A DNA stretch of 24,032 nucleotides from Actinomycetota bacterium (GTDB lineage: Bacteria; Actinomycetota; AC-67), in contig VAYV01000023.1 in NCBI GenBank assembly GCA_005883175.1, positions 1 through 24,032 of the forward strand, in the 5' to 3' direction. The position numbers and the translations under genes were made by a program. Of the stretch, positions 1 through 6,803 are shown in pieces. Every line of letters starts with the position of its first letter. Position 1 is the first letter of the stretch. The notes under the pieces are model-generated. The model had not been told where the DNA came from. It did not search any database and was given only the letters and a program-made list of their open reading frames with translations.

Positions 1-250
1 TGAGCTCTTGGAGCGCCTCCAGCGTCGAGCCGTGCCGCCCGATCAGGATGCCCATGTCCGGCCCGGCGATCCGGACCTCGATCGTGTCCTCGGTGATGTC
101 GGCTTCTGCTTCCCCGTCCATGTCCAGCACGTCGAGCAGCCCGTGGATGAAGTCCTCGGCCGCATCGGCCTGGTCGTCGAGGAGGTCCTCGTCCGGTTCG
201 GCACTTTCAGGCTGCTCGCCGTCCGACGGGACCTGGTCCTGGTCGCTCAC
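1..250 (-). CDS. jag: Jag/EloR (SpoIIIJ-associated) RNA-binding protein, 5' part; runs off the window
   Basis: Not in the ORF track. Minus strand from GTG at 250 reads MSDQDQ...AEDFIHGLLDVLDMDGEAEADITEDTIEVRIAGPDMGILIGRHGSTLEALQEL, a KH-domain LIGRHGxTLEALQ motif. GTGA overlap with the yidC stop; canonical position after yidC. Confidence 0.9.
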   Translation of the reverse strand, partial: MSDQDQVPSDGEQPESAEPDEDLLDDQADAAEDFIHGLLDVLDMDGEAEADITEDTIEVRIAGPDMGILIGRHGSTLEALQEL

Positions 251-1539
251 CTGCGCTTTTTCCTCTTCTTGCGCTTGCGGCTCCCCTGCGGCCGGGCCGG
301 CGGAACCGGGGGAGTGAGGGTGGCGGACGGCGTTTCGGGGGCAACCTTCTTCGCCGGCGCCTCGGCGTCCTTCGGTTTGGGCTTCGCGCCCGGCAGACCG
401 CCCTTGGCGTCCTGACTCCGGTAGACGAGGTACTGCTGGCCGATCGTCCATAGGTTCGTCGCGAGGAAGTACAGGTTGAGGCCGGCGGGGAAGTTGAGCG
501 AGATCAGCCCGAAGAACAGGGGCATGACCCGGGTCATCATCTGCTGCTGCTGCGGCAGCGCCTGTCCGGTCGCGAGCACACGCTGGTTCATCTGCCGGCT
601 CTGGTAGTAGGTCGAGCCGATGACCAGGGCGATCAGCAGGTAGTACGGGACCGAGTGCGCCCCGCCGCCGTCACCCGTCTTGCGCGTGCACTCCTTGATG
701 CGATCCTTCGACGCCGCCTGAGGCGCGGTGCACGCCAGGTGCATCCCGAGGAAGCCGGCTTGATCCTGGGTCACCGCCTTGAACAGCTTTCCGCTCTTCG
801 GCAGGTGGCCGGTCCCCAGGGCCGAGAAGCAGTGGAAGCTCACGATCTGCCCGTTCGAGGCTTTCAGGACGACCGGCTGGCAGCGGGTTATCCAGGGGGC
901 CGAGGCGACTGCCAGCTGTTGGGTCGGGTACTTGTGCGCGTCGACGAAGGTCGCGATCTCGAACGTCTTGTGCTCCACCTGGTTCCCCGTCTTCACCGGG
1001 CAGTCGATCTCCGCCGGGTTCGCGCCGTTGACCGATGGCGTTTGTACCGGCAGGCAGACAATCGAACGAAGGTTGGCATCCCCGAAGGTGGCCTTGGGAT
1101 CCGAGGGGATCGCGGCACCGCCCGGCAGGGTCGCCATCAGCGGCAAGACCACGATGGACGTGCGCAGCACCGAGTACAGGGCGATGAAGGCCGGCATTTG
1201 CGCGAGGAGGGGTAGGCAGCCGCCGGCCGGGTTGACCCCATGCTCCTTGAACAGGGCCATGATCTCTTGGTTCATCTGCTGGCGGAGCTTCATCAGCTCT
1301 TGGCGGTCTTGCACCTTCGCCTGGAGCTGCTTGTACTTCTGCTGGATCTTCTTCTGCTCCGGCGCCAGCGTCTGCATGGCCGTCATCGAGCGGATCTGCT
1401 TCAGGGTCAAGGGGATCAGCACCGCGCGCACCGCGACCGTGAGCAAGATGATCGCAACCCCATACGAGGGGATCGCGGTGTAGATCGCGTTCAGCGCGAC
1501 GCCGAGAGCGTGCTGGATCGCGCCGAAGAACTCAGCCAT
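247..1539 (-). CDS. yidC: Membrane protein insertase YidC (430 aa) with an unusually long Cys-rich loop
   Basis: Motifs GVAIILLTVAVRAVLIPL, GVNPAGGCLPLLAQMP and PAGLNLYFLATNLWTIGQQ; basic C-terminal tail; synteny with yidD/rnpA. Confidence 0.96.
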   Translation of the reverse strand: MAEFFGAIQHALGVALNAIYTAIPSYGVAIILLTVAVRAVLIPLTLKQIRSMTAMQTLAPEQKKIQQKYKQLQAKVQDRQELMKLRQQMNQEIMALFKEHGVNPAGGCLPLLAQMPAFIALYSVLRTSIVVLPLMATLPGGAAIPSDPKATFGDANLRSIVCLPVQTPSVNGANPAEIDCPVKTGNQVEHKTFEIATFVDAHKYPTQQLAVASAPWITRCQPVVLKASNGQIVSFHCFSALGTGHLPKSGKLFKAVTQDQAGFLGMHLACTAPQAASKDRIKECTRKTGDGGGAHSVPYYLLIALVIGSTYYQSRQMNQRVLATGQALPQQQQMMTRVMPLFFGLISLNFPAGLNLYFLATNLWTIGQQYLVYRSQDAKGGLPGAKPKPKDAEAPAKKVAPETPSATLTPPVPPARPQGSRKRKKRKKRR

Positions 1540-1786
1540 CGAGCTTCACCAGGCGTCGGAACAGGTGCGCGTGATGCGGGACCGGGTCGAAGCCGCCGTC
1601 GCACCACGGCGCGCACCGGAGCAAGCGCCAGGCCGTCTGGAACCCACCGACGAGCAGGCCATTCGTTCGTAGCGCCTCGACCGCGTACTCGGAGCAGGAC
1701 GGATAGAACCGACAACGAGAAGGCAAATATTTGCCTAATGTTACCTGATACCCACGGACGAGCAGGGCCGCGAGACGCCCTAGCAC
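1532..1786 (-). CDS. yidD: Membrane protein insertion efficiency factor YidD
   Basis: CRFYPSCSEYAVEALRTNG...WRLLRCAPWCDGGFDPVP. Likely GTG start at 1786, overlapping the rnpA stop; the ORF track over-extends it to 1900. Confidence 0.95.
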   Translation of the reverse strand: MLGRLAALLVRGYQVTLGKYLPSRCRFYPSCSEYAVEALRTNGLLVGGFQTAWRLLRCAPWCDGGFDPVPHHAHLFRRLVKLDG

Positions 1787-2112
1787 GATGCGCCCGCTCG
1801 CTCGAGGGCAGCGTCGAGCGCCGAGCGAACGTCGGCGAGCGAGCTCCCGGCGATCGCCTGCTTCCCGACGATCACGACGTCGGTTCCGGGCTTGATGCAC
1901 GTCGCGCGCACCGCCTCACGCAAGAGACGGCGTGCGCGGTTGCGTTTCACGGCGTTGCCGACGCTCGTTCCGACCGCGAACCCGACGCGGGCGGCGCGCG
2001 CAGGATCGGCCGGCAATGCGACGCAGGTGATCAGGGCGCTCGAGCCGCGAGACCCCGACCGTAGGATGCGCGCGAAGTCTCGCGAGGAGGTCAATCGGAG
2101 CGTCCGCGGCAT
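1780..2112 (-). CDS. rnpA: Ribonuclease P protein component
   Basis: RVGFAVGTSVGNAVKRNRARRLLRE (RNR motif); ATG at 2112 gives MPRTLRL; synteny. Confidence 0.95.
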   Translation of the reverse strand: MPRTLRLTSSRDFARILRSGSRGSSALITCVALPADPARAARVGFAVGTSVGNAVKRNRARRLLREAVRATCIKPGTDVVIVGKQAIAGSSLADVRSALDAALERAGASC

Positions 2113-2131
2113 CCCGAGTGCGGGGCCGCCA

Positions 2132-2266
2132 CTAGACGGTGAGCCGCGCGCGCCCTTTCCGGCGCCGCCGGGACAGCACGGCGCGACCGGCGCGGGTGCG
2201 CATACGTGCACGGAATCCGTGCACGCGCTTCCGGCGACGGGAGTGGGGTTGATACGTGCGCTTCAT
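2132..2266 (-). CDS. rpmH: 50S ribosomal protein L34 (44 aa)
   Basis: Below the ORF-track cutoff. Translation is [43 protein letters not shown]. Confidence 0.97.
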   Translation of the reverse strand: MKRTYQPHSRRRKRVHGFRARMRTRAGRAVLSRRRRKGRARLTV

Positions 2267-2284
2267 GGCTGTCTGGGTCGTGGC

Positions 2285-2314
2285 AGTCTAAGCGGCGGCG
2301 CAGAAGAGCGTCAA
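2285..2314 (-). promoter_or_regulatory. SigA-type promoter of the rpmH-rnpA-yidD-yidC-jag operon
   Basis: Minus strand TTGACG (2314-2309)-N18-TAGACT (2290-2285). Confidence 0.7.
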
Positions 2315-2362
2315 ACACGTCCGCGCTCACCAGTCCGTGCGCGGATTCCTGCAGGTCATCCC

Positions 2363-2583
2363 TGTGGAAACGTGAATTCCCTTTCTTGTATCCACAGGGT
2401 GCGCTGCTTATACTCGCGCCTCGCTGGAACGCCGGTGATGCGTCGGTAATACCTTCCCGCTTCGCCTTCCTCTCCGCCGCGTGTGCGGTCGTTCTTCGGC
2501 GTGCGATGACTTTGAACGGCAGCGACCGGAACGACGACGACCCGAACGGTTCGTCCACAGGTGTGGACGAACCCTGTGGATTG
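2363..2583. promoter_or_regulatory. DnaA-box cluster upstream of dnaA (oriC left part / dnaA autoregulation)
   Basis: DnaA-box-like 9-mers: TGTGGAAAC 2363, GTATCCACA 2388, TCGTCCACA 2551, TGTGGACGA 2562, TGTGGATTG 2575. Confidence 0.75.
2386..2414 (+). promoter_or_regulatory. Putative dnaA promoter overlapped by a DnaA box
   Basis: TTGTAT (2386-2391)-N17-TATACT (2409-2414); the box GTATCCACA (2388-2396) overlaps the -35. Confidence 0.65.
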
Positions 2584-2627
2584 CAGGCGTAGGCCGCCGG
2601 GCAGACGCGCGGGGAAGGGTGATCAAC

Positions 2628-3986
2628 GTGGTCGACGAAGCGCAGGAGCTGTGGGGACGCACGCTCGCAACCGTTCGCGAGCGCATCATGCCGGGCGCGC
2701 GAGCGTGGGTGGACAGCACGCGGCCGGTCCGTTTTCACGACGACACGATCGAGCTGGCCGCGCCGTCTGCCTTCGCGAAAGAGTGGCTCGAGAACCGGTA
2801 CGCGCACACGATCACCGAGGCGCTGCGTGAAACGGCCGGGCGGGACGTGCGCCTGAAGGTCACCGTCGACCGGATGCCGCTCGAAGACGTCGTGGCCGAT
2901 GTCGAGCAGCCCGAGACGGCGCCGGTGCCCCATCTGCCGGCGGCCGCACCAGCGCTCAACCCGCGCTATCTGTTCGAAACGTTCGTCACGGGACCATCCA
3001 ACCGTTTCGCGCACGCCGCGGCGCAAGCCGTCGCCGAGCAGCCGGCGCGTAGCTACAACCCGCTGTTCATCTACGGCGGCGCCGGCTTGGGGAAGACGCA
3101 TCTGCTGCACGCGATCGGGCACGAGGTGCACCGGCTGTACCCGCACGCGACCATCCGCTACGTGTCGAGCGAGCAGTTCATGAACGAGTTCATCCTGGGT
3201 GTGCGCGAAGAGAAGATGCCGATCTTCCGCCGGCGCTACCGCGAAGCCGACGTTCTGCTCGTCGACGACATCCAGTTCCTTTCCCGTGGCGAGCAAACGC
3301 AAGAAGAGTTCTTCCACACATTCAACGCCTTGCACAACGACGGCCGGCAGATCGTGATCTCGTCCGACCGCGCGCCGGCAGAGATCCCGACGCTCGAAGA
3401 CCGATTGCGCACCCGGTTCGAGTGGGGACTGATCACCGACGTCCAGCCACCCGACCTCGAAACGCGCGTTGCGATCTTGCAGAAGAAGGCCGGGGCGGAG
3501 GGTCTGCGCATCTCGAACGACGTCCTGGCGTTCATCGCGACGCGGGTGCAGAACAACATCAGAGAGCTGGAAGGACGCTTGATCCGGGTCGTTTCGTACG
3601 CGTCGTTGTCCAACTTGCCGGTGACGCTGGAGCTCGCGCAGGAAGTCTTGCGGCCGCTCCTTCCTCGCGACGGATCCGATGAGATTCCGGCCGACGTCAT
3701 CATCGCGGAATGCGCCGCGTACTTCAGCATCGCGCGCAACGAGCTTCTCGGACCCGGGCGTTCACGGCCGCTCGTCGCCGCGCGCCAGGTCGCGATGTAC
3801 CTCTGCCGCGAGCTCACACCGTTGTCGCTTCCTAAGATCGGAGACGCGTTCGGAGGCCGCGACCACACCACCGTGATGCACGCCGATTCGAAGATCCGAA
3901 CGTTGATGGGAGAGCGGCGTCAGGTTTATTCACAGGTCCAAGAGCTGACGGAGCGTATCCGTAACAAGGCGGGATCGGGGCTGTGA
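2628..3986 (+). CDS. dnaA: Chromosomal replication initiator DnaA
   Basis: [22 protein letters not shown] (Walker A), LLVDDIQFL (Walker B), [12 protein letters not shown] (domain IV). Start is GTG 2628 (after the SD-like AAGGGTGA) or GTG 2619. Confidence 0.98.
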   Translation: MVDEAQELWGRTLATVRERIMPGARAWVDSTRPVRFHDDTIELAAPSAFAKEWLENRYAHTITEALRETAGRDVRLKVTVDRMPLEDVVADVEQPETAPVPHLPAAAPALNPRYLFETFVTGPSNRFAHAAAQAVAEQPARSYNPLFIYGGAGLGKTHLLHAIGHEVHRLYPHATIRYVSSEQFMNEFILGVREEKMPIFRRRYREADVLLVDDIQFLSRGEQTQEEFFHTFNALHNDGRQIVISSDRAPAEIPTLEDRLRTRFEWGLITDVQPPDLETRVAILQKKAGAEGLRISNDVLAFIATRVQNNIRELEGRLIRVVSYASLSNLPVTLELAQEVLRPLLPRDGSDEIPADVIIAECAAYFSIARNELLGPGRSRPLVAARQVAMYLCRELTPLSLPKIGDAFGGRDHTTVMHADSKIRTLMGERRQVYSQVQELTERIRNKAGSGL

Positions 3987-4100
3987 TGCGCACCCTCTAT
4001 ACACATCTTGCACGGATGTGTTTCCGCCGCTCGGACCCGGTATTAACAGTGTCCGCAGGCCCTACTACGATTACGACCTATTGAAGTGATCTTTAAAAGC
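3987..4100 (+). other. oriC basal unwinding region (DnaA box, GC stretch, DnaA-trios, AT-rich tract)
   Basis: Located between dnaA and dnaN. CTATACACA 3997; GTGTCCGCA 4049-4057 followed by GGCC and CTACTACGATTACGACCTATT; then TGATCTTTAAAAG. Confidence 0.75.
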
Positions 4101-4131
4101 ATGCAAGACCGTCCTGTGGAGGTGGCGTGGC

Positions 4132-5127
4132 GTGTTGTTCGATGCGAATGGTCCACAGCTCCGTCTCGCCGGCACCGATCTCGAACTGGCCGGTGAGGCG
4201 ACGATCGATGCGAAGATCGACGAGAAAGGTTCGGTTGTCCTGCCGGGTCGTGTGCTCGGTGAGATCGCGCGCAGCCTGCCTGAAGGCGCGGTGCGCATCG
4301 AGTCCTCCGGCGGGCAAGCGAAGCTAACTTGCGGGGCCGCCGAGTTCACGTTGCGCGCGCTAGCGCTCGAGGACTTCCCGAACCTTGCTGCGCCGGAAGG
4401 CGCACCGTCGGGGACGCTCGACGCGTCGGTTTTCGCGGCGGCAGTGGGTCAGGTCACGCGCGCGGCGTCGCACGACGAAGCGCGTCCCGTCCTCACGGAG
4501 ACGCTCGTCGATGCGACGGGAGACAAGATCACGCTCGTGTCGACCGACAGCTACCGCCTCGCGGTCCGCGAGATCCCGTGGGCCGGACCGTCGACGGGGA
4601 TCAAGCGGGTCATCCCCGCGCGCGCACTGTCGGAAGCGGCGCGCGCATCCGACGGCGACGGCCAGATCGAGATCACGCTGGGCGAGTCGCAGGCGTCGTT
4701 CGCGGTCGCCGGCCGGCGACTGACGACTCGCCTCATCGAGGGTGAGTTCCCGAACTGGGGCCAGCTGATCCCCGCGGAGCTTCCCAATCAGCTGCGGCTC
4801 GAGCGCGAGAGCTTCGCGGAGGCCGTGCGTCGAGTCGGGATCCTCGCGCAGTCGGGCGCGCCCGTGCGGATCGATCTTGGGGCGGACGGAGCGAAGCTCG
4901 GCGCGGGATCGCAGGATCTCGGAGAAGCGACCGAACAGGTCGACGGGAAGTTCGAGGGCGAGCCGCTCACCGTCGCGTTCAATCCCGCGTATCTGCTCGA
5001 CGGGATCAATGCGGTCGAGGGAACCGAAGTCACGCTGTCGACGCGCGACGGTCTCAAGCCGGCCGTGCTGCGCGCGCCCGAGGACGCGAGCGGGTTCCTC
5101 TACCTGGTGATGCCGGTTCGCGTCTAG
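4132..5127 (+). CDS. dnaN: DNA polymerase III beta sliding clamp; appears to lack ~30-35 N-terminal residues
   Basis: LRLAGTDLEL, VSTDSYRLA, TRLIEGEFPNW, VAFNPAYLLDG and YLVMPVRV motifs. Only 331 aa, with an in-frame stop at 4087-4089 upstream. Confidence 0.93.
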   Translation: MLFDANGPQLRLAGTDLELAGEATIDAKIDEKGSVVLPGRVLGEIARSLPEGAVRIESSGGQAKLTCGAAEFTLRALALEDFPNLAAPEGAPSGTLDASVFAAAVGQVTRAASHDEARPVLTETLVDATGDKITLVSTDSYRLAVREIPWAGPSTGIKRVIPARALSEAARASDGDGQIEITLGESQASFAVAGRRLTTRLIEGEFPNWGQLIPAELPNQLRLERESFAEAVRRVGILAQSGAPVRIDLGADGAKLGAGSQDLGEATEQVDGKFEGEPLTVAFNPAYLLDGINAVEGTEVTLSTRDGLKPAVLRAPEDASGFLYLVMPVRV

Positions 5128-5132
5128 CGCAC

Positions 5133-6230
5133 ATGCGGCTCGCCACGATCGAGCTGGTGACGTTCCGGTCGTGGAAGTCGGTGACGGTGCGTTTCGACGA
5201 CCGCGTCACCGCGCTGATCGGTCCGAACGGGTCCGGGAAGACGTCGATCCTCGAAGGCGCGTGGTACGCGTCGTCGCTCGGTTCGCACCGCACATCCACC
5301 GACGCCGCGTTAGTGACGCAGGACGAAAACGCGGCGGTCGTGCGCGCGGAGGTGGAGCGCAACGGCCGGACCGAGCGCGTCGAGCTCGAGATCGTGACGA
5401 AGGGCAGGGCGCGTGCCAGGCTGGGCGGCGCCCCCGTCGGCCGCCGCCGGGACGTGCTCGGCGTGCTGAAGGCGAGCATCTTCGCCCCGGAGCGCGTCGC
5501 GGTCGTTCGCGAGGATCCGAGCGACCGGCGCCGGTTCGCCGACGAGATCTTGATCCAGCTGCATCCCCGCTACCACGGGATCATCCGTGAGTTCGAGCGC
5601 GCGCTCCGGCAGCGGAACGCGTTGCTGCGCGATCACGCCGCGGGGCGTGCGAGCATCGACGGGATCGAGGCGTGGGACGAAGCGTTGATCGCGCCGGGCG
5701 CGGAGCTCTCTGCCGGCCGCGCCAAGGCGGTAGCGATGCTGGCGCCACGTGCGCGCGAGGCCTACCAAGCCGTCGGCGGTGGCTCGGCGTTCGTGGTCGC
5801 CTACTCGCCGAACGTCCCCGAGCCGCCGGAGCGCGACGACCCGGAGGCGTGGGCGCAGTCGCTGCGCACGCGGTTGACCGAGCGCCGGAGCGACGAGCTC
5901 GTACGCGGCGTCACGCTGGTGGGTCCGCACCGGGACGACCTCTCGATCGAGATCGCCGGGATGCCGGCCCGCACGCACGCGTCACACGGCGAGAGCTGGC
6001 TCGCGGCGTTGGCGCTCGTGCTGGGCGGGCACGCCGCGGTCACGGACTCGATCGGCGACGAGCCGGTGCTGCTGCTCGACGATCCGTTCACGTTGCTCGA
6101 CCCCGAGCGCCGCGAACGCATGGCCGGTGCGCTCCCGGGGCGCTCGCAGATCGTGCTGACGGCCGCCGACCCGCGGGAGGTCCCCTCTCAGCTCGCCGCG
6201 CGAGCCCTCGACGTCGAGGAGCTGCGCTAG
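5133..6230 (+). CDS. recF: DNA replication/repair protein RecF
   Basis: LIGPNGSGKTSILE (Walker A), LVGPHRDDL, SHGE signature, VLLLDD (Walker B). Confidence 0.97.
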   Translation: MRLATIELVTFRSWKSVTVRFDDRVTALIGPNGSGKTSILEGAWYASSLGSHRTSTDAALVTQDENAAVVRAEVERNGRTERVELEIVTKGRARARLGGAPVGRRRDVLGVLKASIFAPERVAVVREDPSDRRRFADEILIQLHPRYHGIIREFERALRQRNALLRDHAAGRASIDGIEAWDEALIAPGAELSAGRAKAVAMLAPRAREAYQAVGGGSAFVVAYSPNVPEPPERDDPEAWAQSLRTRLTERRSDELVRGVTLVGPHRDDLSIEIAGMPARTHASHGESWLAALALVLGGHAAVTDSIGDEPVLLLDDPFTLLDPERRERMAGALPGRSQIVLTAADPREVPSQLAARALDVEELR

Positions 6231-6548
6231 ATGCCGAAGCGATCCGGAGGCGACCCGCAGCCGCTCGGCGACTTGCTTCATTCCCTCGTGTCGAAGCGAG
6301 GCTGGGACGACCGGATGCGGTTCGGGAGGCTCCGTGACGAATGGGCCGCGGTCGTCGGTCCGGAGGTCGCCGCGCGCAGCACGCCGGTGGCGCTCAGCGC
6401 CGGGGTCCTGTCGATCAAAGCCGACGGCGCCGCGTGGGCGTCGGAGCTGACGCTGCTGGCCCGATCGATCGTCGAGAAGGTCGATTCATACCTCGGTGGC
6501 GGGGTCGTCCGGGAGGTCCGCGTGAGCGCCGGACCACCCCTTCGGTAG
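6231..6548 (+). CDS. DUF721 / DciA-like protein
   Basis: PQPLGDLL...EWAAVVGPEVAARSTPVALSAGVLSIKADGAAWASEL pattern; canonical recF-gyrB position. Confidence 0.9.
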   Translation: MPKRSGGDPQPLGDLLHSLVSKRGWDDRMRFGRLRDEWAAVVGPEVAARSTPVALSAGVLSIKADGAAWASELTLLARSIVEKVDSYLGGGVVREVRVSAGPPLR

Positions 6549-6641
6549 GGGCCGAACCGACTGCGCGCGCCCGGCTCGTCCGACGTGCGGAAAACTGCCT
6601 GTTCGAGCAGCCCTCCGAGGGGCGAAAAACGGCCTCTAACC

Positions 6642-6650
6642 TGCTACAAT
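6642..6650 (+). promoter_or_regulatory. Extended -10 promoter of gyrB (TGcTACAAT)
   Basis: TG-N-TACAAT, about 150 nt upstream of the gyrB start. Confidence 0.65.
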
Positions 6651-6656
6651 GAGCCG

Positions 6657-6803
6657 AACGGAAGTCCCTTTCCCCTCCCCGTTGACGATTGGGTTTCGGG
6701 CGACGAAAACCAAGCCCCTTCCGGGCATCGGTATGGGGTCGTTTCGGGGACGGGAAGGGTGCGTCCGGCCTCCGGTCGGAGGGGACGAACAGGAGAGAGC
6801 AAC
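6657..6803 (+). other. Structured 5' leader of gyrB (candidate cis-regulatory RNA)
   Basis: Long-range pairing of 6666-6681 with 6745-6759, enclosing hairpins 6692-6711 and 6714-6739; a further hairpin at 6762-6787 lies just before the SD AGGAGA. Confidence 0.45.

Noticed and set aside
4101-4160. ATG 4101 as the true dnaN start via a programmed frameshift
   Set aside because: It translates MQDRPVEVAWRVVRCEW, with no resemblance to a beta-clamp N-terminus, and there is no slippery sequence.
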